Shown: positions 1 through 9,806 of the stretch, one piece after another
Position numbering within the stretch: position 1 is the first letter of the stretch
How the letters are laid out: each line of letters begins with the position of its first letter
NCBI GenBank assembly: GCA_963664915.1
Contig: OY761810.1
Coordinates: 446,661 to 510,660 of the forward strand
Origin: an uncultured Caproiciproducens sp.
Lineage (GTDB): Bacteria; Bacillota; Clostridia; Oscillospirales; Acutalibacteraceae
Length of the DNA stretch: 64,000 nucleotides
Direction: 5' to 3'
Notes under the pieces: generated by a model
Told to the model about the DNA's origin: nothing
Databases searched by the model: none
What the model saw: the letters and a program-made list of their open reading frames with translations, nothing else
Translations under genes and position numbers: made by a program

Positions 1-244
1 ACTATATTATAACATTTGCACAGTGAATTGCAAGATCATTCTGAAAAGCATTGTACTATATGTACTAGACCATCGAATTAAACTTCATATTCGCCCCTTT
101 ATAATATACTAGATTTACTCATTCTTTGCAGGTGCCCCGAAAATAGGGAAGTCGTGGATGAAAACAGATCAGCAGCGGTGAGCCAATATGGGATTTTGAA
201 AAATCATTGATACTTTCCCTTCCATTTTAAATTTATTTCTGTCG

Positions 245-778
245 TTATACGATTAAGAAATCGCTTTCCTGATCCATATAGTTTATAAAAACAAAAAGAA
301 CCGCTATAAAAAATGGATCTTGAATCTCATTTTTTGAAATATAAAAGCTTGTATGAGAAAAGCATTTTAATGATCCAACCAGTTTGGATTTATGGTAAAT
401 GGGATATCTTCCTCTCCCTGAATTTCTAATCATAAACTCACCATAAATTGATTGTATAATTAAACTATCTGGATCTGGCAGCCTATTGATATAAGTCGGT
501 TTTCTGTCACAACTTTTATAGAATAGGGAAGCAGTTGCGATTACTTTGGATTGATCATTTGTGTCATAAGCAATATATCTTTGGCCTTCATTGAACACAG
601 AATTTTCTTCCGGAATCTCTTTGTTCATAATATCTGTAGTAATAACGACCGTCGAATTATGAACTTTTCTTTTAATACTTAGTAAACTCTTTCGTGAGAT
701 TTTACAAATAACTTTTTTATTCTCATCCATCACTAAATAATAAATAAAATAATTTTTTATAAGTAATTTCATATTCAT
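245..778 (-). CDS. hypothetical protein (possibly tubby C-terminal-like / YxjI-LURP1 fold)
   Basis: 177-aa ORF in the AT-rich block. The C-terminal '...NEIQDPFFIAVLFVFINYMDQES' resembles the buried C-terminal helix of B. subtilis YxjI-type proteins. No other motif recognised. Confidence 0.45.
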   Translation of the reverse strand: MNMKLLIKNYFIYYLVMDENKKVICKISRKSLLSIKRKVHNSTVVITTDIMNKEIPEENSVFNEGQRYIAYDTNDQSKVIATASLFYKSCDRKPTYINRLPDPDSLIIQSIYGEFMIRNSGRGRYPIYHKSKLVGSLKCFSHTSFYISKNEIQDPFFIAVLFVFINYMDQESDFLIV

Positions 779-1129
779 ACCTTCCGGTCTTATTGTTTTT
801 TATTTTAATTATATTATTAACTGCAATAATACTTTACAACATTTCGATTCATATGTAAAATAGTATTATCTTATAATATTGATTGCTATTTTATTATGAA
901 AGACTATAATAATGGCATTAAGGCATTTTAAAATCTTTGTTGTCGTCATGTCAAACAAATTGAAATGTGAATTTTTCGCGGAATTTTTTTATCATCTATC
1001 ACAAAAACAAATTATTAACGAAATCAGCACATGCGTTTATAGATTTGGTCAATCAAGGTTGTAAATGAAGAAGGGGCTGTTGCAAAATGAATTTGCGATA
1101 GCAATTTGCACAAATATTTTCTTAATTGG

Positions 1130-1174
1130 CCAAGAAAGAAGCCCAAAAAAGCGTTGTAAAACGTTTTTTCGGGC
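1130..1174 (-). terminator. probable intrinsic terminator of the beta-helix protein gene
   Basis: Imperfect 15-bp hairpin gcccaaaaaagcgtt/gtaa/aacgttttttcgggc (1141-1174). On the minus strand it is followed by ttctttctt. It lies about 80 nt downstream of the stop at 1255. Confidence 0.45.
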
Positions 1175-1254
1175 TGATTCTTTGTGCATTTCTATTTTCC
1201 GGAGCTGTTTTGCAACAGCCCCTTTTATCTGCGTAGAAAATATGAATCTTACGA

Positions 1255-3921
1255 TTAAGAGATAACACCTACCGTACTCGGCGTTTTCAATCCGTTGATA
1301 TAAAATCCGGCAGATGAGCCGGGTTTACCAACGGCTTTTACCCTAAAGTAATAGTCATTGCCGGAAGCTTTAACAAACTCCGTTTGAAATACGGAAGAAT
1401 CACCTGAGTTAAAAACCGGCTTTGTATCCGACGTTAGTTTGAAGATATATGATTTGCCTGTGACAACTTTCAGCCTGGAAGGAGTATCGCTACTCACAAC
1501 CGGACCGGTGTCGCCTACGGTTGCGACCAGCAGCTTCACGCCGTTGACATAAATACCAACTTGCGCACCCGGCTGCCCAATTGCAATCAGTTTAAAATAA
1601 TAATCATCCCCGTCTGTCTTTACGAGCTGATACTGAAACACGCCGCTGGTTCCGAGTGTAAAAGTTGGAATTATACCATTCTGGCTGGTAATCTTAAATT
1701 GATACGTTTTGTTGATATGTAGATCGCGTGTTGTATCGCTAACGAACGGAGCATTCGTCTGATTTCCGTTTGCCGGAGTTGAACTAGAATTATTGTTATG
1801 GTGTGAACCGTTGTTTTGGCTGCTCTGTGCTGCAGTTACCGGCCACAAATCAAAGGTGTTGCTTCCGGCCTTCAGATTTGCGAAAGGACCTGCAATTGTG
1901 TTTTTGCTGTCTCTTGCATTGCCAAAGTAGTCGGTGTCAACATCAGGAGCATAGAAGTTATAGCCCAACTGTTGATACAGCTCTGTGTTACCTAAATATT
2001 TTCCGGTAATAGCCGGAGATTTTATCGTCGAACAGCTGTCATCAACGTTCAGTGTCAGCTTGAAGGAGTTTGGTGTAGCTGTAATATTATAGTTATTTCC
2101 GCTGCCCTCTACAACTTTACTGTTTTTGTCTGCTTCATAACCGCGCGCCGAAGCATACTGATAACCAACCTTCTGAGCTCCACCGTAGTATACGTTGTAG
2201 TCGCACTCATTGCCATAGATTATGGAGCCGGTCCCTACCGTGTTTGCCTTCGCTTCAACCCATGCGATTGGAAGGCCGCCAACTGCAGGATGTGACCAAC
2301 TGCCGCCGCTGTAGTCCGGATTGACATTTGCTGCTTTAGAGAGAACAACTTCTGTATTGGCGCCGTTATATACGCTTTGGGATACTTCAACTGAACTGGA
2401 AGAGGTATACAGACCATTGTCAAAGAAGACATTGTCAAGCATCTTGTTAAATCTGTTATAGGTCTCAAAGCGACTGGTCGAATCGTCAACGGTACTGATG
2501 ACATCCAAAGTACCGGGCTTCATAACTCTCATCGCGCGTTGGTATCCGTCCCAGCCTTCTGAACCAATAAAGCCCCATTTACCTGTACCGGGCCAGCTTC
2601 TTTTCGTTGTATCGTTTGGCACATTCAGCCAGAGATTGTTTACAAAGTAATTGTGACTGGCTGACATGACGTGCAGACCCACACCGACAAAGATGTTATT
2701 GTCGTACATCTGCCAACCGTGATTTACTTCTGAATCCACATAGGTAAAGCCATGACCGTCACCCTTACAGTAGAATACGTTTTTGGAGATACGGCAACCG
2801 TCACATTCGCTATCCAGCCAAATAGGATACACCGCCCAATCCTGATCGCTGTAGAAGTAGTTATTGTGAATATTGATGCCGAAGCCACCGCTGACATCCT
2901 TGATATAAGCTTCAGAGAGCAGACCGGTGTCCAGTGTGTTGTTGTTGTTAAGAGTATTTCCGTAAATTTCGGTGTATGCGCCTCTGTATGCCATCATACC
3001 ATTGGTGCCGTTGTCATGAACATTACAGTTGCGAATAATGTGATGGCCGTACAGCTTCGGTTCACCGCCATTTTGAAGTTCTAACATCCGGGAACCATTG
3101 CCGTAATCAATTGCGACGCCACGATTCTGCGTAACTTCGCAGTTTTGAATGACCCAGTAGTAGCCGCCGTTTGTAGCAATGGCCCCGGCCATGGGTTTTG
3201 CCACGGTCTGCCAGAAATCAATCGTCTTCGGCCCACAGCCATGAATCACCGTCATTCCGTCAACGGTAATATAGCCCTGATTCCATTTGGCCGTAATACA
3301 CTGTTTCCTTACATTAATTTCGGCATCGTTGTTTTTATCTGTGGGATCGATCCCGTCGAAATTGGCCCATATCGTTGTTTTGTCGGTTGCTTCTGCAAAC
3401 CAGGAATTTGGAGTTGTGTAAACATCTGACTTCTTGAATACCTGCTGCAAAACATTGCCGTTGATGTAAACGCAGCCACAGGAAAAGAAGTCGGAATAAT
3501 TACTTCCTTTAGACTGCCATTTTGTGGCAAACGGATTGAAATCGCCAAAATAAGCACTATCTTTAACCAGCTTATAAGTGCTGTTACTGTCTTTCGTCCA
3601 ATCAGTTACCGCGTTTGAACCTGTTACAACTGGTTTTTGGCCGTCTGCCGCTTTTAATGTTATTCTGGATGACTCGCTGTTTCCACCTCTTGGGAAAGTT
3701 ACCGTCTCCCTGTAGGTACCTCCGTAAACAATAATGGTATCCCCCAGCTGCGCAACTTGAACAGCCTCACTGATTGTAGCATAATCACATGAACTATCCT
3801 GACTTACAGTAATTATCTTACTGGATGCAAAGGCGCTGTTGTCAAACACTCCCCCAATTGAAAAGGCCACAAATGACAAAGCAATAATAAAACTTAAGAA
3901 CTTCTTCGATACATATTTCAT
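1255..3921 (-). CDS. secreted right-handed parallel beta-helix protein (pectate-lyase-fold glycan-active enzyme) with two C-terminal ~80-aa uncharacterised modules
   Basis: 888 aa. N-terminal signal peptide (MKYVSKKFLSFIIALSFVAFSIGG..AFA). Beta-helix repeat signatures (NCEVTQNRGVAIDYGNGS, IIRNCNVHDNGTNGMMAY, GNTLNNNN). Ser/Asn/His-rich linker followed by two tandem modules related to those at the C-terminus of the 25551..30059 protein. Confidence 0.85.
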   Translation of the reverse strand: MKYVSKKFLSFIIALSFVAFSIGGVFDNSAFASSKIITVSQDSSCDYATISEAVQVAQLGDTIIVYGGTYRETVTFPRGGNSESSRITLKAADGQKPVVTGSNAVTDWTKDSNSTYKLVKDSAYFGDFNPFATKWQSKGSNYSDFFSCGCVYINGNVLQQVFKKSDVYTTPNSWFAEATDKTTIWANFDGIDPTDKNNDAEINVRKQCITAKWNQGYITVDGMTVIHGCGPKTIDFWQTVAKPMAGAIATNGGYYWVIQNCEVTQNRGVAIDYGNGSRMLELQNGGEPKLYGHHIIRNCNVHDNGTNGMMAYRGAYTEIYGNTLNNNNTLDTGLLSEAYIKDVSGGFGINIHNNYFYSDQDWAVYPIWLDSECDGCRISKNVFYCKGDGHGFTYVDSEVNHGWQMYDNNIFVGVGLHVMSASHNYFVNNLWLNVPNDTTKRSWPGTGKWGFIGSEGWDGYQRAMRVMKPGTLDVISTVDDSTSRFETYNRFNKMLDNVFFDNGLYTSSSSVEVSQSVYNGANTEVVLSKAANVNPDYSGGSWSHPAVGGLPIAWVEAKANTVGTGSIIYGNECDYNVYYGGAQKVGYQYASARGYEADKNSKVVEGSGNNYNITATPNSFKLTLNVDDSCSTIKSPAITGKYLGNTELYQQLGYNFYAPDVDTDYFGNARDSKNTIAGPFANLKAGSNTFDLWPVTAAQSSQNNGSHHNNNSSSTPANGNQTNAPFVSDTTRDLHINKTYQFKITSQNGIIPTFTLGTSGVFQYQLVKTDGDDYYFKLIAIGQPGAQVGIYVNGVKLLVATVGDTGPVVSSDTPSRLKVVTGKSYIFKLTSDTKPVFNSGDSSVFQTEFVKASGNDYYFRVKAVGKPGSSAGFYINGLKTPSTVGVIS

Positions 3922-4184
3922 AAATCTTCTTCCTTCCCAAACATTTTTGTCCAGCTACTCTACCTAATGTAGAGTAATCTTTCGTAAAACCGAAATAATC
4001 AACCTCCCGCGCTAGAAAAAATCAGTCATTAGCAAGACTCCTTTTCAATTTAGTGGGAACAACACACAATAGTTTAGTTAAGCATCCATCAACTCCATAT
4101 TGTTCCAATGCTTTGCAGCTTGTTTTGCATATTCTAATATGAAATCATCTCCTTTATAAGATTTCAGTATATTGTTAAGGATAC

Positions 4185-4976
4185 TTATCCTATCACTAGA
4201 AACTTATAAATGTTATAGCTGCTGATTATAACAATAACAACCATAATTGATATAAATAAGTGATTGACGGTTTTATTGTCGATCCGCTTATTAAAAATAC
4301 GCCCCAAGATTCCACCAGTAACCCCGCCAACCACCATAACAGCTAAACTCATTGGGGCAAAATTGGGTACCGTACCGCTTACAAAAGTAAAAAGCAAGCT
4401 AAAAATTTGAGAAATCAGGATGATATAAAGAGAATTCTGCGCGGCAGTTTTCGTATCCATCGAAAAGAAAAAAAACAAAACCACTAAATTAATTGGTCCA
4501 CCGCCAATGCCCAAAAAGCTGGACATAATTCCCAAAAACAAACCAATTGCAGCACAGATCGTTTTACTTGTAAGATGCATTGCGGGAATCTTATCTTTAT
4601 AAAGAGTATAGAGCAATGTTCCAACGGTAATGAGCACCAGACAAATTGACTGAATCGCTCCTATTGTTTCAGTATTCTGAAATAGAGCCTTAACGTTATC
4701 AAAAAGGTATTTTCCCAGCAATCCTCCGCAGGCTGCTCCGATCGCGAGCGGAGTTCCAATTTTCATATCTACTTTGCTGTCATGTGCGATGAATGCCTTT
4801 CCTACGGAATAACATGACATAGACAAAACGGTACAGCCGGATAAAAAGCTGATTGTTGATACGCTCGCAACATTAAAACAGTCCAGCACCGGTTTGATAA
4901 TTACGCCGCCGCCGATTCCGCAAATTGCACCTACTACAGATGCAATGAAGCTAACTATGAAATACATTGCTTCCAA
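4185..4976 (-). CDS. TauE/SafE (TSUP) family anion permease
   Basis: 263 aa, polytopic. Has the duplicated G-rich motifs typical of TauE/SafE (VVGAICGIGGGVIIKPVL; FLGIGGGPINLVVL). Confidence 0.85.
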   Translation of the reverse strand: MEAMYFIVSFIASVVGAICGIGGGVIIKPVLDCFNVASVSTISFLSGCTVLSMSCYSVGKAFIAHDSKVDMKIGTPLAIGAACGGLLGKYLFDNVKALFQNTETIGAIQSICLVLITVGTLLYTLYKDKIPAMHLTSKTICAAIGLFLGIMSSFLGIGGGPINLVVLFFFFSMDTKTAAQNSLYIILISQIFSLLFTFVSGTVPNFAPMSLAVMVVGGVTGGILGRIFNKRIDNKTVNHLFISIMVVIVIISSYNIYKFLVIG

Positions 4977-5149
4977 TAAAATTCCTCCATATCAGCAATC
5001 GCTATTGTGTCGCCATATTAAATAATGGCAACATCACGCATAAGCTGCCAATTTTCAATTCACTTGCAACAAAAAATGAGTACAATGAAAAAAGCCTTAA
5101 AATCCCGCAAAATTGTGAATTTTAAAGCTAAATTTTCAAATTAAAACCT

Positions 5150-6619
5150 TTATAAGTATTCTGATAAATCCATTCTTTCGAACTGTTCGGCAGGACTGTC
5201 GTTTTCCTTCATCAGTCTTACCATGTGACCGATCATCTGCCGTTCTATCGAGCTGTTTTCAATCGGATGTTCCTGCTTTGGATCAATGGAAAGATCGTAA
5301 AGCTTTGTACCCATTTTCTTGTTTACGTCTATGTCTCCGCCTTCATCTACGAAATGTTTAATTTTCATTAATTTGCAATCCTTAGTAAACGCGAACGGCT
5401 GCGCAATCTCCATAGTTCTCATTTCTTCAACAGAAAATAATGAACGCATATGTGTAGGCATCAGTGTGTAATTATAGAGGGGCAAGTTACTGTCAACAGA
5501 ATCTCGCATATATACATACCGACCGTCTGTCACATCAATCTGTGCACCATGCAATCCAAAAAGAGCGGCTTGACGGACTGGTTCATCATTCTCAATTGTC
5601 GATTTTAGTGGCTTTCCCTGCATATTGGCAGGTATTGCAACATTAAAAAAGTCGAGTAGCGTTGCAGGCAGATCGATCCCTTGTACAAGTGAATTACGAC
5701 GTTCCCCTGCAACCTTTGTACGGGGGTCCCAGATGAACAGCGGAATGTGTGCTACTTCATTGTAAAATGGATGTACGCATTTTGCCCAGCAATCATGTTC
5801 ACTCAGTAAAAATCCATGGTCGGTATTTAAAATCAGCATTGTGTCTTCCCACATGTTGTTATCATCCATGTAGTCTAACAGTTTGCCAAGATAGTGGTCA
5901 CACATACTTAACAAGGCAGCATATTGATAGCGGCAATGTTCAACCGCATCCGGTGATTCCGTCACTTTGTCATAGGGGGGCCAGTCAAACTGCGGGCCAT
6001 CGTATTCGTGGGGATAAAGTTCTTGATATTTCTGCATGGTATAAAACGGCTCATGCGGATCAAATAGTTCTAAATGTAAAAACCAATTATCTTCATCCTT
6101 GTTTTTTTCCAAAAATTCAAAGCCTTGGTCAAAGCAGAGTTTTTGAGGCTGCTTACTTTCTTCGTCTATATAACTTCGATTGACGATGTCCTGCCGCCAT
6201 GCGCGACCTAAATGTTGTGGAATTTCAGGATCCCTCACACAGCCCTTCCAGCGATCTCCCTCTTGCCCACGCACGATTTCCCACGAATTATAGCGATTAT
6301 GATAGGTACAGCCGCCGTCTTCCCAATAATGCATATGATCACTAATCAGATGTGTATAAACACCGTTTTGGCTTAATAGTTCCGGCATGGAATCGTCATA
6401 TGGTTCTAAAGGCCCCCAACTCCTATGCAAAAAGTTCAATCGACCGGTGTGCAGCTCTCTTCTGGCAGGAATGCAAGGCAGAGAACCGGCATAGCAATTA
6501 TCAAAAGTAACCGCATGTTGTGATAAACGTTGAAAATTAGGCGTATGTGTCCAATCGCAGCCATATGGAGCAAGCATATGCCGATTCAAAGAATCGAATA
6601 ATAATAAAATCGCTCTCAT
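5150..6619 (-). CDS. Cys-type sulfatase, no signal peptide (predicted cytoplasmic)
   Basis: 489 aa. The N-terminus starts directly with the sulfatase fold (ILLLFDSLNRHMLAPYG). Formylglycine motif C-x-P-x-R is present (SLPCIPARRELHTGR). NTDHG motif present. Confidence 0.9.
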   Translation of the reverse strand: MRAILLLFDSLNRHMLAPYGCDWTHTPNFQRLSQHAVTFDNCYAGSLPCIPARRELHTGRLNFLHRSWGPLEPYDDSMPELLSQNGVYTHLISDHMHYWEDGGCTYHNRYNSWEIVRGQEGDRWKGCVRDPEIPQHLGRAWRQDIVNRSYIDEESKQPQKLCFDQGFEFLEKNKDEDNWFLHLELFDPHEPFYTMQKYQELYPHEYDGPQFDWPPYDKVTESPDAVEHCRYQYAALLSMCDHYLGKLLDYMDDNNMWEDTMLILNTDHGFLLSEHDCWAKCVHPFYNEVAHIPLFIWDPRTKVAGERRNSLVQGIDLPATLLDFFNVAIPANMQGKPLKSTIENDEPVRQAALFGLHGAQIDVTDGRYVYMRDSVDSNLPLYNYTLMPTHMRSLFSVEEMRTMEIAQPFAFTKDCKLMKIKHFVDEGGDIDVNKKMGTKLYDLSIDPKQEHPIENSSIERQMIGHMVRLMKENDSPAEQFERMDLSEYL

Positions 6620-6640
6620 TTAATGTTCTCCTTTAATCAA

Positions 6641-7384
6641 TTACCACCATTTAATCAAATCTGTAACTTGATTTCTCAAGTCTATGAAATCAGGAGAGGT
6701 GATATCCCGGGGACGAGGCATCGGATTATCCAGCACCTTTTTCACCTTAGTCGGTTTATTGGTTAAAATCATAATCCTTTCACCCAAATAAACGGCTTCT
6801 TCGATGTTATGTGTTATAAAAAAGATGGTTGTTTTTGTTTTTTGCCAGAGTTTAACCAACTCATCTTCAAGTTTAAAACGCAGTTCAATATCCAATTGAC
6901 CATATGGTTCATCCATCAGCAGTAATTCCGGCTTTGTCGCAAATGCTCGGGCAATTACAACTCGCTGCAACATACTGGAAGAAAGCTGGGAAGGATAATA
7001 TTTACGGAAAGGTGTAAGGCCTACAATATCCAGTACCTCTTCCACACTTTCTCTTTTTTCTTTTTCAGGCACTTTTTTAATATCTAAACCAAAGCTTACG
7101 TTTTGTTCAACATTCAGCCAGGGCATTGTCGAATTTTCTTGAAATATATATGCCAGATTTTGTTTTCTTAAATTAACCGACTCATTGTTTACAAGAATCT
7201 CACCGGATGTAATATCATACAGTTTCGTCAAACTATTCAGAAAAGTAGTTTTCCCACAGCCGGTTGGTCCGACCACACAAAGCAATTCACCCTGAGCAAT
7301 ATCGAAAGAAATATCATCCAGTACTAATAAATCTCCAAATTTCTTTGTCAAATGATTTACCCGCACTTTAGGATTGTTCTCCAT
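6641..7384 (-). CDS. ABC transporter ATP-binding protein (NitT/TauT family), copy 2
   Basis: Walker A GPTGCGKTT, signature LSSSMLQR, Walker B LLLMDEP. Length and C-terminus are typical of SsuB/TauB-like ATPases. Confidence 0.9.
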   Translation of the reverse strand: MENNPKVRVNHLTKKFGDLLVLDDISFDIAQGELLCVVGPTGCGKTTFLNSLTKLYDITSGEILVNNESVNLRKQNLAYIFQENSTMPWLNVEQNVSFGLDIKKVPEKEKRESVEEVLDIVGLTPFRKYYPSQLSSSMLQRVVIARAFATKPELLLMDEPYGQLDIELRFKLEDELVKLWQKTKTTIFFITHNIEEAVYLGERIMILTNKPTKVKKVLDNPMPRPRDITSPDFIDLRNQVTDLIKWW

Positions 7385-7398
7385 TTTGATTACCTCCT

Positions 7399-8172
7399 TT
7401 ATAGCGTTTTATCCACCGCCCCGGTAATCTCCATACGAAGCCGGAGAAACTCGGGATCTACGTAATTTCTTGGTCTTGGAAGATCGATGTTATATTCAGC
7501 TTTCACCTGTGTTGGACAATTCGCCAGTACAACGATACGGTCAGCAAGGTAAACTGCTTCTTCAATATTATTTGTTACAAATACTACTGTGCGCTTTTCT
7601 TGTTCCCAGATGCGTTCCAGTTCCTTTTGCATCAGGTAGCGGGTCTGGGCGTCCAAAGCACCAAAAGGTTCGTCCATTAACATGACAATCGGATTATTGG
7701 CATAAGCACGGGCGATACCAACTCTTTGCTTCATACCGCCGGACAGCTGAACCGGGAAAGACTTTTCATAGCCTTGAAGCCCGACCATATCAATATAATG
7801 TTGAGCTGTGATTTGACGTTCTTCCTTTTTCACCCCTCGTACCTTAGGGCCATATTCAACATTTCCCATTACTGTGAGCCATGGAAAAAGGGAGATAGTC
7901 TGGTAAACTACTCCGCGTTCCGGTCCAGGCTCAAGCACTTTTTTTCCATTTACTGTCACAGTGCCTTCACTAGAGGACTCCAGTCCGGCGATCATATTTA
8001 GAATTGTAGTCTTTCCACATTGACCCGGCCCAAAAAGAACTAGAAATTCATTTTCTTTAACTTCTAAATCAATATTCTTAACGACCTCAAAATCTTTATT
8101 CCCTGACTGAAAGGTCTTTTTCACGCCTTTGCATTCAATCATATTGTTTATTCGCTCTTGTTCCATCTGCAT
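7399..8172 (-). CDS. ABC transporter ATP-binding protein (NitT/TauT family), copy 1
   Basis: Walker A GPGQCGKTT, signature LSGGMKQR, Walker B MLMDEP. GAGGA Shine-Dalgarno upstream of the ATG at 8172. Overlaps the upstream permease gene by 25 nt. Confidence 0.9.
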   Translation of the reverse strand: MQMEQERINNMIECKGVKKTFQSGNKDFEVVKNIDLEVKENEFLVLFGPGQCGKTTILNMIAGLESSSEGTVTVNGKKVLEPGPERGVVYQTISLFPWLTVMGNVEYGPKVRGVKKEERQITAQHYIDMVGLQGYEKSFPVQLSGGMKQRVGIARAYANNPIVMLMDEPFGALDAQTRYLMQKELERIWEQEKRTVVFVTNNIEEAVYLADRIVVLANCPTQVKAEYNIDLPRPRNYVDPEFLRLRMEITGAVDKTL

Positions 8173-8933
8173 AATTTTTCCTCAACTCCTCGCATAATAG
8201 TCGCAAGAATAAATCCTACGATACCAATCGCCAAAATCCCCACTAAAGTCTGGTTCATATCATTTGTCTGCTGTGCGCTGACAATAACCCAACCGACACC
8301 TTCCGTGGAACGTACCATCTCAGCTGCTACGACAGTGGCCCAGCTGGTGGAAATTGCCACTTGCAGTCCTGCAAAAATAGAGGTCATTGATCCTGGGAGC
8401 ACAACGGTAAGCAAAGTTTGCGTTCTGTTGGCCCCTAACATCCTAGATGCTCCAACCAAAACCGGGTCAACCGATTTTGAGCCTTCGTATGCGTTGAGGG
8501 TAATGTTGCTGAATGCTGAGAGGAATATTAAAAAGTATTTTGTCATTTCCCCTAAACCGAACCATACAATAGCTAACGGAATCCATGCAATTGGGGGGAT
8601 CGGCCGGATGATATCATAAAGCGGCTTGAAAATTGCTTCTATTTTTGGGCTCCATCCCATCAGAACGCCTAAGGTGATTCCAACTACAGCCGCCACCACA
8701 TAGGCAATCATTACACGGGATAAACTCCATCCAACATGTTGTATAATGTTACTTGTGCCGATAGGTGTGTAAAAAGATTGAATAAAACTGCTGATAACCG
8801 TAATAGGCCCAGGCATCAACTGCCCCAAAGAAGTAGCAATAACAGCCCACTGCCATAGCATCAGGAATATACCAATAGAAATAACTGCGGCAAAAACTTT
8901 TTTAGTGGATTCTTTGTTATTTGATTTAGTCAT
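8148..8933 (-). CDS. ABC transporter permease (BPD_transp_1; SsuC/TauC-like)
   Basis: 261 aa, about 6 TM segments, EAA-like loop (GASRMLGANRTQTLLTVVLP). Confidence 0.9.
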   Translation of the reverse strand: MTKSNNKESTKKVFAAVISIGIFLMLWQWAVIATSLGQLMPGPITVISSFIQSFYTPIGTSNIIQHVGWSLSRVMIAYVVAAVVGITLGVLMGWSPKIEAIFKPLYDIIRPIPPIAWIPLAIVWFGLGEMTKYFLIFLSAFSNITLNAYEGSKSVDPVLVGASRMLGANRTQTLLTVVLPGSMTSIFAGLQVAISTSWATVVAAEMVRSTEGVGWVIVSAQQTNDMNQTLVGILAIGIVGFILATIMRGVEEKLCRWNKSE

Positions 8934-9748
8934 TTGTTACCGGCCCTCCCTTTTACAACCACACGCTCCAATAAAGAAAGCAAATACGTTAGGAATGCTC
9001 CAAGAGCACCAATCGCAATCATGCCTACAATGATAACATCAGTACGATAAATTCCGCGGCATTGCTGAATCATGAACCCAAGGCCGCTGTCGGATGCGAT
9101 CATTTCTGCTGCTACGAGCGCCATCCAAGAAGCACCTAAGGCAACACGAGCACCCGTCATTATCATTGGCAGAGAAGTTGGAATAGCCACTCGAGTCAAC
9201 AACTGAAAATCCGAAGCTCCAAATGTCTGCCCAACCCACAAATGCACTTGCTTCGTCTGGCGGATTCCCGAGTAAGAATTCACTACGCAGGCGACAAAGG
9301 CTGAAAGAAAGATTACCATTGCCTTCGACATCATACCGATTCCAAAGAGCGTAATCATTACTGTAATCCACGCCAAGCCAGGTACCGGTCGCAGTAAATC
9401 GAACAACGGCCTTACAAACATATCTACTTTTTTATACCAAGCCATTAAGATGCCTAAGGGGATACCAATCACAAGTCCGAGGGCATAACCGGAAAGAGCC
9501 ACCTGTAGACTAGCTCCGATATTTTCAATAAGGGTTGAGCCATCCGGTGCCGGATCATAAAGTTTAACAAAAAATGTTTGTAAAACCTTTACAGGACTGG
9601 GCATCGCTATTGTGGAAACCAAATGAAATCCATCAGTAACCAGCCACCAGATAACTAAAACAGTACCTACCGAAAGTACTGAAAGCCAAGCGTAATTTGA
9701 TTTCTTTACGCGTTTCAATATGTTATTCCCCCTACCTATTAGGATCAT
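8930..9748 (-). CDS. ABC transporter permease (BPD_transp_1; SsuC/TauC-like), second distinct copy
   Basis: 272 aa, EAA-like loop (GQTFGASDFQLLTRVAIP). 4-nt overlap with the downstream permease gene. Confidence 0.9.
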   Translation of the reverse strand: MILIGRGNNILKRVKKSNYAWLSVLSVGTVLVIWWLVTDGFHLVSTIAMPSPVKVLQTFFVKLYDPAPDGSTLIENIGASLQVALSGYALGLVIGIPLGILMAWYKKVDMFVRPLFDLLRPVPGLAWITVMITLFGIGMMSKAMVIFLSAFVACVVNSYSGIRQTKQVHLWVGQTFGASDFQLLTRVAIPTSLPMIMTGARVALGASWMALVAAEMIASDSGLGFMIQQCRGIYRTDVIIVGMIAIGALGAFLTYLLSLLERVVVKGRAGNK

Positions 9749-9757
9749 TTTTTAGAG

Positions 9758-9790
9758 TACCCGTTCCCTGTTTTCACTAAGAACGGGTAC
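9758..9790 (-). promoter_or_regulatory. intercistronic stem-loop between the binding-protein and permease genes
   Basis: Perfect 10-bp inverted repeat gtacccgttc ... gaacgggtac with no following T-tract. The position is typical of mRNA-stabilising or attenuating hairpins after SBP genes. Confidence 0.4.
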
Positions 9791-9806
9791 CATTCAGAAT
9801 TAAGTT

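Noticed and set aside
1065-1265. 66-aa plus-strand ORF
   Set aside because: It spans nested inverted repeats and a terminator downstream of the beta-helix gene, with no Shine-Dalgarno sequence or motif.
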